64,000 nucleotides of DNA from IMG/VR virus record IMGVR_UViG_3300031143_000003, positions 83,287 through 147,286 of that record. One strand, 5' to 3'. The notes beneath the pieces were generated by a model, which ran no database searches, was not told the origin of the DNA, and saw only the letters and a list, made by a program, of their open reading frames with translations. The translations under genes were made by a program, and so were the position numbers. Each line of letters begins with the position of its first letter. Position 1 is the stretch's first letter. This DNA is from a virus. Lineage: Duplodnaviria; Heunggongvirae; Uroviricota; Caudoviricetes. This document shows positions 18,856 to 30,100 of the stretch, one piece after another.

Positions 18856-20027
18856 TACATTTTCCTAATCATTGCATTAACTAATCCACCATCGGATGAT
18901 TCCAATGCTTGTGCTATTACTCTACCATGTAGATTAACCTGTGACAATTCGTCTGGAGAAATAGCTTTACCATGTCCAATCACGTCACTGGTTATAATAA
19001 AATCACCAATGTTTATGCTGCCGTCGATTAGTATTGGTTCTGCTCCCATTACAATTGGGTAATCTGCCTTTGCGTTTGATACTCCCATTACTAATGGGTC
19101 AGCCAAAGAATTACATGGAATTAAGCCTGTGATACTATGTACTAATATTGTTCCGATAGGCAAATGTTGAATATCTTTTGTTTCTAGGTTTATTTCGTGT
19201 ATACCGCCGAAGTATGTATTTTGTGCGTATAGATCTTTCCATTTCTTATCAGATGCTCCTAGATTATTTGATATGTCTGCAGATGGTAGCAATGTGCCGA
19301 TACTACTTGTATCAATACTGACTGGAGCATCCTTCCATGATATTGCACTTGCTGAATATGTTAGTATTTGGTCATCAGCTGCAGCAGCAAATGTTGGGAC
19401 TAGATTATCTTCAACATTAATATCATTGATATATAGACTATTTGAAACGTAGACGCTACCAGTGAATTCATGCTTATCGGTTATTGCATTTCCCCAGTTA
19501 TGGGAGCCAGTATGTGATTGTATAATTGTATCAGAAAATGTTACACCTGCAAATATTAGTGTACCCTTGAGTTGAGCTGATCCGGTTACTCGTAAATCCG
19601 TTGCATATATTGTTGAAGCCGATATATGCGTTGAGGCGGTTAATGATGTTATACTAACGTTACCAGTTGATTCAGACACATAGTTTTCAGTTGAATGATC
19701 TCCCCAACTATATGCACTGTCCCATTCGTTGGATCCAGTTGAATTTCCACGTTTTATTGGTTGAGCTAGATGTAAACTACCTGTAAACTGGTGCGTATCA
19801 TCACCATCATCACCAAATTTTGTTGATCCACTTGCAAATATCTCAGTTGATGACCCAGATATAACCAGTCGGTCTACCTTAAGTTCTCCAACTATTCTAA
19901 CATCTTCGCCTGATATATGTATTGGTAGGGATGATCCAGTTCCGTCGAGTAATTGACCGTCGCCAACTTGGACTAGTCGCGGATACGTATCCTGTATACT
20001 TGAGCCTGATAGATTAAATTGGGACAT
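18855..20027 (-). CDS. Fibre-like structural protein (390 aa)
   Basis: Shares ASGSTKFGDDGDDTHQFTG with the 593-aa protein and has (T/I)SASTIYA-type repeats. Confidence 0.55.
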   Translation of the reverse strand: MSQFNLSGSSIQDTYPRLVQVGDGQLLDGTGSSLPIHISGEDVRIVGELKVDRLVISGSSTEIFASGSTKFGDDGDDTHQFTGSLHLAQPIKRGNSTGSNEWDSAYSWGDHSTENYVSESTGNVSITSLTASTHISASTIYATDLRVTGSAQLKGTLIFAGVTFSDTIIQSHTGSHNWGNAITDKHEFTGSVYVSNSLYINDINVEDNLVPTFAAAADDQILTYSASAISWKDAPVSIDTSSIGTLLPSADISNNLGASDKKWKDLYAQNTYFGGIHEINLETKDIQHLPIGTILVHSITGLIPCNSLADPLVMGVSNAKADYPIVMGAEPILIDGSINIGDFIITSDVIGHGKAISPDELSQVNLHGRVIAQALESSDGGLVNAMIRKM

Positions 20028-20041
20028 AACTACCTATTATT

Positions 20042-20623
20042 TTACTTTCGTTTGTCTAGTACTTTCAATAGTTTTGATATAACTGGCTGTCTTTGCTCTT
20101 CAGTAACAGTATTATCTGATATGTATTCTGCTACTATGTTATTCAGTTTGTCTTTTTTGACGTGTAAATTGCTGATGTTTATATTTTCTTTTATCAATAT
20201 CTTCATTATGTTGACGATGTGCTGCTTCTCAGAAACTGTTGGAATATCTGATTCAGTTTGCGATTTGATTATTACAGTTGAAGTTGTTTGATTCTCTGTA
20301 ATCGTTTCACCAGATTGTGATACAACTTCAGCTTGAACAGTCTTCGATGTTTTAACGGTAAATTCACTTTCCCATGGAGTGAAGAATGTATCTTCTGCAA
20401 TTACTTCTAAACGAATTGCGCCAGACGTATCTTCGTCCATTAATCCACGTAATCGTCTTACTGGTATTTTTACATTTCCGCTTTCATCAATTTTACCATT
20501 GAATAATAACGAGAAGTTTTCAGCTTCCACGACTAATCTAGCTTTTGATTTCTTGAGAGAAGCTCCCTCAATTTTTATCTTTGCTTCGAAGTTTTCAAGT
20601 TTATCAGTGAATAATTTGTACAT
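20042..20623 (-). CDS. Hypothetical protein (193 aa)
   Basis: ORF in the structural block. 20-nt overlap with the upstream gene. Confidence 0.45.
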   Translation of the reverse strand: MYKLFTDKLENFEAKIKIEGASLKKSKARLVVEAENFSLLFNGKIDESGNVKIPVRRLRGLMDEDTSGAIRLEVIAEDTFFTPWESEFTVKTSKTVQAEVVSQSGETITENQTTSTVIIKSQTESDIPTVSEKQHIVNIMKILIKENINISNLHVKKDKLNNIVAEYISDNTVTEEQRQPVISKLLKVLDKRK

Positions 20624-20921
20624 TTTTCTTAATTTCCTCTATTATGAGTTTTACATCTTCAACGTATACATGGATATTTGATATTTCCTTTGATTCGTCA
20701 TATACCTGTATGTCATTGATATGCATTATTAGTCGAATTAACTTTGCTTTATCAGCTTGTTTAAGCTTATCTAGTTTTCGTCGCTTTGATGAGCTAGCAT
20801 TTATTGTTGATAGATCGAGTACGACGTCTTCGATTATTTCTCGGACGTCATGCCATAAGTATGAGTTTTCATCCCATATTATATTGGCATTATCCCATGT
20901 TATTTTATCACCGAATCTCAT
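20604..20921 (-). CDS. Hypothetical protein (105 aa)
   Basis: ORF in the structural block. The motif GATATTTATAT lies immediately 5' of its ATG. Confidence 0.45.
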   Translation of the reverse strand: MRFGDKITWDNANIIWDENSYLWHDVREIIEDVVLDLSTINASSSKRRKLDKLKQADKAKLIRLIMHINDIQVYDESKEISNIHVYVEDVKLIIEEIKKNVQIIH

Positions 20922-20943
20922 ATATAAATATCACACATATTAA

Positions 20944-21564
20944 TTAAAATGATCCACCATCAATTGGACCAATGAATGCAGAAGCAGATAATTCGCCTGC
21001 AGCTGTTATCTTTGCAACTTCTCTTGGTGGATTTGCCTTATTGGCTGAATCAGTTGTTAGAAATATGATGTCTCCAGCTGTGCCGGTTACGTCTGCATGG
21101 GTACAAACTGAATATATTGCTGCAGATGCACCAGGGTCACCAGCTTCATTTTCATCCATCCATTTGATGCCACCCATATTGTCGTTTACGGCCGCCTTCT
21201 GACTCATTTTATCATACGATATTTCTATGATTGATCCAGTATCAGGAGTTCGTTTTTTGGTTTTAAATTCACCAGATATTTCAAAATCTTTAGTTGGATT
21301 TTTAGTGTTTATGCCAATCTTTCCAGATGACGAATAGTAAAATGGGACACGATCAGCTAATCCACCGAACGATGCAGATGGTATTCTGAATTCTATATTT
21401 TTTGATTCGGATCCCTCTAGTCCCCATGTACCCATTACAACAGCTGTACTTTCATCGATCATGGTTGTCATTGATCCGGATGGCCCAGCTACTTCAATTG
21501 ACTGGCTCACAGTAATTGACGTTGAACCACTCGTGAATTCTATGTTATTGCTTATTGATGCCAT
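20944..21564 (-). CDS. Small fibre-associated protein (206 aa)
   Basis: C-terminal ELSASAFIGPIDGGSF resembles the C-terminus of the 1261-aa protein. 20-nt overlap with the upstream tail fibre gene. Confidence 0.5.
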   Translation of the reverse strand: MASISNNIEFTSGSTSITVSQSIEVAGPSGSMTTMIDESTAVVMGTWGLEGSESKNIEFRIPSASFGGLADRVPFYYSSSGKIGINTKNPTKDFEISGEFKTKKRTPDTGSIIEISYDKMSQKAAVNDNMGGIKWMDENEAGDPGASAAIYSVCTHADVTGTAGDIIFLTTDSANKANPPREVAKITAAGELSASAFIGPIDGGSF

Positions 21565-24500
21565 TGAACATCTCCGTTAATTCTAATATTTGTTGTTTCA
21601 TATTGGCTATTTCTAGTTGTTGATCCTGTACACTTTTTACAAGAATAGGGATTAAGCCATCCCTATTTATAAACCATCTATCCGGATTTGATGTGTCTAC
21701 TAATTCCGGTAATACTTTATTCAATTCTTGGGCTATGAATCCAGTTTCTTTTTTGCCATCAGACTTCCATTCAAAATCTCGGACGTTTATAGCCAATAGA
21801 TCAGCCAAGGTTTTGTTGGTGTCAATTATGCTTTTCTTAAGACGAACATCAGATGATTCATATACCTTTATACCATTACCATCTGGTCGCGCATAACCAG
21901 ATTCTCCATTTGGTCCATGATAGCTTATAAATCTACCAGTTGAAGTTGTATTGTCAGTTTCCAACTTTAAGACTCTAGCATCAGTTGTTGAACTATGTTT
22001 CAAATGCGCAGTATAATTACCTGCTGAAGACGTTATAAACATTCCACCTTCATCGCCACCATCATTATATAATTTACCTTTACCGAAGAATGAATATGAA
22101 TAGCCAGAATATGCAGATGCATCAGCAATTATTGCAATTGCATTATTCTGACCCAATGTACCTGTATATGTAGTTGCTTCGGCTTTGAAGATTGCCCCAA
22201 TTTTTGTACCACCAGCGTAACATACGCCACCAGCATTGCATCGAGAGCTTAATGAATTTGCAGAGGCTACAACATCGTATGTAGACCAGGTTGAATCTAG
22301 AGTGCCCTCAGATACTCCAACATATAGACCCAAATCCTGTGATGTTGAACCTCCAGAATTTGATTGCTTTATATATGCTACAGCATCATTTGTTCCTAGT
22401 GCAGCTGTCCGATTGATTTGTAGAACCCCGTCTTCGATTTTGATACCGGGATTCGTTCCGTCTACATTGTCATCAATTGTTAATATTGGGGATGTGGTAG
22501 TACCATAGAATTTTAGGTTTGAATTTTGGCCGTCTATGATGAGACCTTGTGTCGACGTTCCAACATTACTACCGCCAAACGTTATCTTCTCGCCATTCAG
22601 ATCCATTTCCGTACCAGTAGTAGTTGTCCAGTTGTTTGATTTGACCTTACCTGAAGATATATTATCTCCAGATATTCTCGTAGATCCGCCGCCAGATTGA
22701 AATTCCGATATTCTAATGTAATCTATATTGGTTGTTGAGACCGAACCTGTTTTGTAATTTGTAATAATCAAAGGGGATATGTATTCAACATTATTATGGA
22801 GGGTCGTTGGATTAGTTATAGTTGGAGCTGATGCACCATTATCAGACGAAGACCTACCTTTGAAATATCCCTTGTATATTGTCCAATCTGTATTACCAAT
22901 ATCTTCAGCACTCAATGCAACATAATGTTGACTATAAGTACCGTTTGAACCATTGATATTTACATAGGTTGAACCATCCAAGGCATACCCATTTATCCCA
23001 ACATAAGCTCGAGCAGTAGAACCAATCTTAGTAGCTTTAAGTCTAATTTCGATTTCATATAATGATGCTGGATTCAATGGTATTAACTGGTTGCTTATCA
23101 TCCAGGTTCTAGTATTTGTAGTAGTACCATCACCAAGTTTTAGCGATCTAGACCCCTTTATATGACCCTCATCTGTTTTGAAGGTACGGGGTGCAGTCTC
23201 ACCAGTAGGAATATACCAACCTTCACCGGAGCCATCGGTCTTAGGATTATTTACTGATGATGTCATATCGGACATAGCGGCATATGTTGAGAAGTCTTCA
23301 TAGAATATTGTATTGAAGCCGTTTGACTCGCCAGCAAGAGATAGCATATTCGTAGATGCATTCCAGGATAATCCAGCGGAGGTGTTTGTTCCACCAAGAT
23401 AAAAGTCTCCAGAGGAAGACATATATGTATCCCATCCACTTCCACTATAATAACCTAAATTATTGGCGCCAAGGAATAAACCCTTTCCGGATGGAGTTGG
23501 AGAAAAATCGATCAAACCTGCTGATGTATTTGGTATTAATTCTGCATTTGAATCAGCGACTGCTTGTGCTGCTGCGGCTGCATTTGCAGCTGTTGTTGCA
23601 TTGGCACCAACTGTTGAAGTTAATGTAGATGTTGCATTTGCAGCTGTTGTTGCATTGGCACCAACTGTTGAAGTTAATGTAGATGTTGCATTTGCAGCTG
23701 TTGTTGCATTGGCAGTTATGCCCATAACATCATTAGTGTCAGTGAATGCCTCTATTGTTATAGCGCCTTTAACGACCAATTGTGTTCCATTCCAAGAAAA
23801 TTTATCAGCTAAGCTAAAGTTTCCAGTGTTATCAACATAGAATGCCGTGTCAGCATCACTATGTGTGCCATCTCCAATATACAGTTTGTCTGATTCTATG
23901 TCAACGCCACCAATTCTACCCGATGTTGCTGTTATTTTTCCAGTTAAGAATACATTTTCGGAGTATAATCCATATCCAGGATCAGTTAAGCTACCAATAC
24001 CACTAAGATCACCTAGTCTAGCTTTTACTTCTACATCATTGACTCCAGAACCAGTTCGTTCTATTATATCAATATACGGTGTACTGTTGTCACCAGGATC
24101 AGCATTGAGATGTATATAACCACTTTGTGTTACTTGACCAGGATTAGTTGTATTGTCATATAGACCTGCCGAAATTAATACTTGACCGTCAGTTACAGAT
24201 GGGATATATGGACCTCCACCAATTCGTCTAACCATATCTAATGATATAGGATCAGCCGATATTGTGTCGATCTGCATTATCTCCTCTACAAAACCAGTTG
24301 ACGATGTTGCTTTAGCTCTAACATATTCACCAACTACCCATCCGCCAGTATTTGCAACTGTAAATGAGTGTGTTGGATTACCAGTTCCGTCGAAGTCCAA
24401 ATTACTACCAGTAAATGTTGTCGCATTAGCAATCATTACTTGCCCACCTACTGCAGATATCGTGTCTTTTTCGAATACAGTCGTTCCAAGTGTACCACGT

Positions 24501-25144
24501 ACCTTAACATTGGCAAATTCAGCTTCAGTGCCATCTATCTTCCAACCAGTTTGATTAGAAATATAATCCTTAGTCTTTATTTCACCAGATGAATCTATTA
24601 CCAAATTAGAACTCGATAACGATGTTGCATTAATTGACCATCCAGATATGGACGAATTACCCGGGGACAAATTAACAGCATATGTTCCGGCGCCATCACC
24701 TACGAATTTTGCATCACCTGAACTAGATATGTATGCTGTTGCATTGTTTGCGTCTTTTCCGGCTGGCACAAATAATTGATTAGCAGATAAATCAGCGTTT
24801 ATAACTGTTCCTGCACCAATAATTAAGCTGTTGTTCAATGGATCAAGATGGAATAGTGAGGAAGATATTTCAATATTACCATCTGATCCAGATATGTATT
24901 GCGTATTCGCTGTTCCAACGAAGAACTTCTTAGCTCTAATATCCAATTCTGCACCTGCTGCTGATGCATCAAATTTCAAATATGAGTCTGATCCGGCGAC
25001 TAATTCCATTCCAACGCCATTGTATAAACTACCTGATAATTCTTGTGATCCAGACCAAAGCATCCATCCTGAAGGTCCTGTTCCATCTGATGCTGAGTCA
25101 AATCCCTTATAGTCTATTGTTTTTATATTAGCCTGATTAGCCAT
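21545..25144 (-). CDS. Tail fibre/tailspike with C-terminal intramolecular chaperone (Peptidase_S74-like) domain
   Basis: 1199 aa. C-terminus SSDVRLKKSIIDTNKTLADLLAINVRDFEWKSDGKKETGFIAQELNKVLPELV...DRWFINRDGLIPILVKSVQDQQLEIANMKQQILEL matches the SD.RLK...L..L....Y.W......GFIAQE...V.PE.V pattern of self-cleaving fibre chaperone domains. Strong SD (AGAGGAG) upstream. Contains a perfect 54-nt tandem duplication. Confidence 0.75.
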   Translation of the reverse strand: MANQANIKTIDYKGFDSASDGTGPSGWMLWSGSQELSGSLYNGVGMELVAGSDSYLKFDASAAGAELDIRAKKFFVGTANTQYISGSDGNIEISSSLFHLDPLNNSLIIGAGTVINADLSANQLFVPAGKDANNATAYISSSGDAKFVGDGAGTYAVNLSPGNSSISGWSINATSLSSSNLVIDSSGEIKTKDYISNQTGWKIDGTEAEFANVKVRGTLGTTVFEKDTISAVGGQVMIANATTFTGSNLDFDGTGNPTHSFTVANTGGWVVGEYVRAKATSSTGFVEEIMQIDTISADPISLDMVRRIGGGPYIPSVTDGQVLISAGLYDNTTNPGQVTQSGYIHLNADPGDNSTPYIDIIERTGSGVNDVEVKARLGDLSGIGSLTDPGYGLYSENVFLTGKITATSGRIGGVDIESDKLYIGDGTHSDADTAFYVDNTGNFSLADKFSWNGTQLVVKGAITIEAFTDTNDVMGITANATTAANATSTLTSTVGANATTAANATSTLTSTVGANATTAANAAAAAQAVADSNAELIPNTSAGLIDFSPTPSGKGLFLGANNLGYYSGSGWDTYMSSSGDFYLGGTNTSAGLSWNASTNMLSLAGESNGFNTIFYEDFSTYAAMSDMTSSVNNPKTDGSGEGWYIPTGETAPRTFKTDEGHIKGSRSLKLGDGTTTNTRTWMISNQLIPLNPASLYEIEIRLKATKIGSTARAYVGINGYALDGSTYVNINGSNGTYSQHYVALSAEDIGNTDWTIYKGYFKGRSSSDNGASAPTITNPTTLHNNVEYISPLIITNYKTGSVSTTNIDYIRISEFQSGGGSTRISGDNISSGKVKSNNWTTTTGTEMDLNGEKITFGGSNVGTSTQGLIIDGQNSNLKFYGTTTSPILTIDDNVDGTNPGIKIEDGVLQINRTAALGTNDAVAYIKQSNSGGSTSQDLGLYVGVSEGTLDSTWSTYDVVASANSLSSRCNAGGVCYAGGTKIGAIFKAEATTYTGTLGQNNAIAIIADASAYSGYSYSFFGKGKLYNDGGDEGGMFITSSAGNYTAHLKHSSTTDARVLKLETDNTTSTGRFISYHGPNGESGYARPDGNGIKVYESSDVRLKKSIIDTNKTLADLLAINVRDFEWKSDGKKETGFIAQELNKVLPELVDTSNPDRWFINRDGLIPILVKSVQDQQLEIANMKQQILELTEMFNGINKQ
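23582..23714 (-). repeat. Perfect 54-nt tandem repeat (2.5 copies) inside the tail fibre gene
   Basis: atttgcagctgttgttgcattggcaccaactgttgaagttaatgtagatgttgc repeated at 23582-23635 and 23636-23689, plus 25 nt of a third copy. It encodes (TSTLTSTVGANATTAANA)n. Confidence 0.9.
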
Positions 25145-27117
25145 TAAGATACTCCTCTAAGTACTATTCCGTTTCCAATCACAAGTGATCCAATTATATG
25201 ATTGTTTGCACCGTTTATATATGTATTTGGTCCTGCGAAGTTTATGTCGCGAACTATATGTGAATATTCAGCCAGTTGTTCATTTGCATTGTAAAAATCA
25301 AACTTAAAGTCGAGTTGTGCGTCTTGTTGCTGCGTATTTAATTGTACGTCTACAAATGTATGATTCGGCGTGAAGCCAGTTTCAGACGTAGACGTTAGTG
25401 ATATATCCGATATCCACCATTTACCATGTGATATTTTGAATACTGGTACAATTGATCCATCGCTATCGGCTGTGAATTCAAATCCCAGCATTTCATCAAC
25501 TGTTATCGGATTAGTTATCTGTGGAGGACTAGTTGTTGGCGATTGCGGAGAAGTTGCTTGGGAACGAGATTGGCCAGTTGATGATAGCATACGCGTTGGA
25601 AAAGCTCCATTTGTCGTTGAAGCAAAATATTGCATCTTGCCAGTCGGTACTGGACTAGTTGATGGCGGTGATATCTTTCCAATATATTTTCCTAGTTCAG
25701 GTATCTGTGAAGTTACACCTGATCCAGACAAATAGAACTTAACCAATGGATGAACAAGACCATTTGGACTGTCATTAACTGATATACTTTTAGCCCTAAA
25801 CGATAAATAATATGTGTTGCCTTTATATATTTGTATTGGTTTTGTGCCATTAAATCTAGTGTAAGCTGATGATCTTGGCGTAGCATTCAATAGCAATTCT
25901 GTTCCAGACAATTCAACTGCATCTACCAATTCAACGTCACTAACTGCTGTTGTTGGACTTCCAACTACACCTACCATAGACGATTCCCAGTACGATGTTA
26001 ATACGTCTGAATTAACAAACTTGCCTGTTGGCTTTCTATGGAATATGTTGGATGAATCTATCAATAATTCACGTGACTCTACTATGTCATCTGATACCGG
26101 ATTCCAGTCTGTCTCGCTATTCAGTTTCATATATGTTTTTATCTTGTGTACGTCTCCAACCATTGGATCCATGTTTGCAACTATTATGCTTGCATATGAA
26201 ATTTGATTTTCAGCTACAGTTGTATATGCATCTGGAATCTGCATGTATGATATTTGGAATGATGTGAATGCAAACGTAATTGGATAAACAGTTGTTTGCA
26301 GTGGTCCACCATAATTCATGGTTGAATTTCGACTGATGTTTGGATTTGCAATTGTTACATCTACTGAATAATGTGGGGAAATCTTGATTGTGGTAGAATT
26401 TATAACGTCAACAATTGTTGCATTGAATGATGGTGGAGTGCTAGGAGTTAGGTAGCCATCGACTAATTCAGTAGATGGAGTAATTGATATAGATCCGCCT
26501 ATCATGTCAGATGTTAGTGTTGCTCCAACAAAGTTCAGTTGCGACTGATTATTTGATAATTTTGAATATGTACCTGTTCCAGTTGAATATGTTGCAGCAG
26601 ATGCTGTTCCTATTGCATACGACTGAGATAATTGACTTCGAACAGATTCATTAATATGTACTCTTGGGTTTTCATTGAATAGTATTGGAGTTATATTTGC
26701 TTGCGTTGGATCAACATATAATTGTTTTTTCCAGCGTACATTTTGTTTACCTTTCCAGTTGTCAGATACATCGCGACCGTTTGGACGTTTTGCTGCTGTT
26801 CCAATGATAGTTAGTGTTGCAGGGCCAGCTGGAGTCTCTGGATAAACATATATTGCAACGAGTCTTCTATCCAATCCATCCTTGTAATTTAATACTTCAT
26901 GGTAAATAACTTGACCTATAGCATCAGTTATTTCAACCGATATTTCAGTATTTATTTCAAGTAATGAACTGTTTCCAGTTAATTTGAATTGATTTTTGCC
27001 GGAGGTAAGAGTTTGGGGTATATCAGAGACGTTAAAATATTCAGAATGAACTGATTGATCTGTTACAAGTACGGGTAATTCGGCTAAACCCTTATATGCA
27101 TTTCTTTTTCTAATCAT
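25144..27117 (-). CDS. Large structural protein (657 aa), possibly baseplate/fibre-associated
   Basis: Long ORF with SD (GGAG) upstream. Start/stop overlap with the neighbouring tail fibre gene. Confidence 0.5.
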   Translation of the reverse strand: MIRKRNAYKGLAELPVLVTDQSVHSEYFNVSDIPQTLTSGKNQFKLTGNSSLLEINTEISVEITDAIGQVIYHEVLNYKDGLDRRLVAIYVYPETPAGPATLTIIGTAAKRPNGRDVSDNWKGKQNVRWKKQLYVDPTQANITPILFNENPRVHINESVRSQLSQSYAIGTASAATYSTGTGTYSKLSNNQSQLNFVGATLTSDMIGGSISITPSTELVDGYLTPSTPPSFNATIVDVINSTTIKISPHYSVDVTIANPNISRNSTMNYGGPLQTTVYPITFAFTSFQISYMQIPDAYTTVAENQISYASIIVANMDPMVGDVHKIKTYMKLNSETDWNPVSDDIVESRELLIDSSNIFHRKPTGKFVNSDVLTSYWESSMVGVVGSPTTAVSDVELVDAVELSGTELLLNATPRSSAYTRFNGTKPIQIYKGNTYYLSFRAKSISVNDSPNGLVHPLVKFYLSGSGVTSQIPELGKYIGKISPPSTSPVPTGKMQYFASTTNGAFPTRMLSSTGQSRSQATSPQSPTTSPPQITNPITVDEMLGFEFTADSDGSIVPVFKISHGKWWISDISLTSTSETGFTPNHTFVDVQLNTQQQDAQLDFKFDFYNANEQLAEYSHIVRDINFAGPNTYINGANNHIIGSLVIGNGIVLRGVS

Positions 27118-27178
27118 TGTGTCTCCAATATACCTACCCTAATCTACTTAGGATATCGTATATAAATATACAACATAC

Positions 27179-30100
27179 TTAATATTGTACTAGACTCGTT
27201 GAATCTGTTACGTCTATTTCAATTAAACTGTCAACCATATCCTTCATGATGTCAATATGTGACACAATCATTAGAAAGTCGAATTCAGTCTTGAGATAAC
27301 CAAATAATAATTCAAGTGAGCTGATGTTGGTTGAATCTAGGTTACCGAATCCTTCATCAATAATTAGGAAGTTCGGACGTGGTAAGTTAGATACCTTAAT
27401 CAATGCAACTCTAATTGCTAATGAGCTTATAAACTTTTCCATACCCGAAGTCATTTCAAGTGGCCACATATTGTCGTCGTATTTTATGTAGCTCAATATG
27501 TCCTTACCGTCAACGTCAAAACGTATCTCAAAATCAACTATTTGCGAAAGTGTATTGTTTACTTCCTCTTCAATGTATGGTAATGTTTCTGCAATAATTT
27601 CATATGGAATTCCATCGCGTCTAATTGCATCTAAATAATATTCGTATGACTTGAGTTTCAATTCTAATTCATGTGCATCACCAATTATTGTCTGAATTGA
27701 TTCAATTGTTTGTTTTGCCATGGATACACTACTGAATGCATTACGTAATACTATGTTTTGGGACGATATTCTACCCTTGATCGATGATCTATTTGATTCT
27801 AGGCTAGACAGTTCCAGGTTTATAGATATATTATGCTTTATTGCAGCTTCATTTTGGTAATATATAACAATACTTGCATCAACATCAGTTAAATTTCTAT
27901 TTGATTCAAGTAATGCATTTCTACGTCGTTCCAATTTTGTAACAACTTCTGACTCATATCGAATATATTTTGATTGGTCATTTGTTAGTGTGCTATACGC
28001 ACGAATATCATCCGATATTTTGGCTGCACCTTGTAGCAATTTGTCAGAGTCCGATTTAGCTGCCAATAACGATGCCACGACCAGTTTATCGTCTAATAAT
28101 TCAATTTTTGCATCTTCAGCTGATTTAACAAAGTCGTTGTTGCAACAGTATTCGCAGTTTGGATCATATTCATGCTTTGCTAACTTTGATATTGATGTTA
28201 ATTTATTTTGTACGTTTACCTTGATTATGCCAATCTTTTGCTGAATCTGTCTGTTATTTGACTGTTCAGTTTGCATTGTTGCATGTTGCGTGTTCAATTG
28301 AACTATGTCATATGATAACATCTCTGTTGCCAGTTCGTCCAACTTTAGTTTATTTGTTTCCATATACGCCGAATATTTTTCCAGCTTATCTGTATGATCA
28401 ACGATATCTGATGCGACATTGCTTCTAGTTAATTGCATAGCAGCCAAGTCTGTTGATACTGATACATGCTTTAGTTCCGCAGATTTATCCTTTATTGATA
28501 ATTCGGCAGCGTCTAAATCTTCAGTTAATTTAGCTTGTTGTGCAGATAACGTGTCGTATGCTATTACATGTTCATCCAACAAGTATTCTGCGTCAATTAA
28601 TTTTTGCGCATAATCTACATTCTTAAAATTTCGCAGTAATGTTTGTACAGACTTTATTTCGTCATTGGCTAATCTAAATAATTCCTCGAAAACAAATATG
28701 TCTAAAAACTTAGACAATAGATTTTTCTTTTCCGGTTGAGGTTTATCAATGAATCCAGTATTGTTATTTTGCATTGACATTGCTGTTAGTACAAAATCCT
28801 CATATATTCCCAAATATCCAGTTATGTTTCTATCTGTATATCTACGTTGTTCACCATTAAGTGATAGTTTTTCACCGGATTCATCGATCATCCAAAAGTC
28901 AACATCAACTCGAACCGATTTACCATCCTTGTTTCGTTTTCCCCTACGTTCAACAAAATAATCTACACCGTCTATTTCAAAGTTTAATTTGCTATTGAAT
29001 GTATCTAATCTATTATTCATTACATTTGCAGCAGAGAATGTTCTAGAGCATTTATTGAATAAGCAGAACATTAGCGCATCAAATATTGCAGATTTACCAG
29101 CATGGTTAGGGGCAAATATTCCAATCACATCGTTCGCCTTAGAAAAGTCAATTTTATTGTTTGGCCCATAGCTGAACATGTTGTCGAATTCAAACGTTTT
29201 GGGTTTCCAATTGATTCCCCTTGATACATCGGCGTCAAGTAATCGTTTATTCAATTCCCTGTTTATGTTCTTAATTCTACGCATTGTCTCATCATCTGGA
29301 TTATGATTTGTTCTAATATAATCATCCAACAATTGATTCTGATATGAAACGTCACGAATATCCCTAACAATCTTTCTAGTTTTCTTATTTTGTGCATCCA
29401 ATCTATCGTTTCTAATTATAACGATGTCAGTTGTTTTGCAGCTAGTTTTAATTGTTTTAGTTAATTCCTTTATTTGAGCTTGAGTTGTATTTGTTGTACG
29501 CAATCTAACCCGGGGATACTTTGGTATATCTGATATATTGGGAAGTACACCATCAGCTATATCAATAGTATAATATCCGTAATTATTTGTGAAGTCTACA
29601 AATTCGACAGTCCTAGATTTAACATCCCATATGCCACATCCATGGTTTTCAAATGCTTCACCAAAATTTTGTTGCAATGTTGAGCCAATCTGTAGTATCG
29701 TTTTTGCTTCGTCGTAAAATTGTCGCTTATGAATATCTCCCAACATTGACATGTCATATCCATCAAACATTGTTACGGGCAAATTGTCATTACTAACAAC
29801 ATATCCCTTATCAGTAGTCGACTTATCAACTGCACCATGAAATAATGCTATCTTTGTTTCGGCGTCAAATGAGTCCGATTTAATAAATGTAGCAGGATCA
29901 TCAAATATTCCAAATACTGTGAAGTGCACATTTGCTATATGATATACACCTGAATCCTTTAGGTAGTGCAAGTTTGGATGATTTAGCGCTGAAATTATTG
30001 GCGTTAATGAGTCCAACCTAGTTGAATTATTTAGATTTGCATCATGATTACCAGTTATAACAATAGTATGTCGTCTATCTGCTAAATTAGTAAAGAATTC

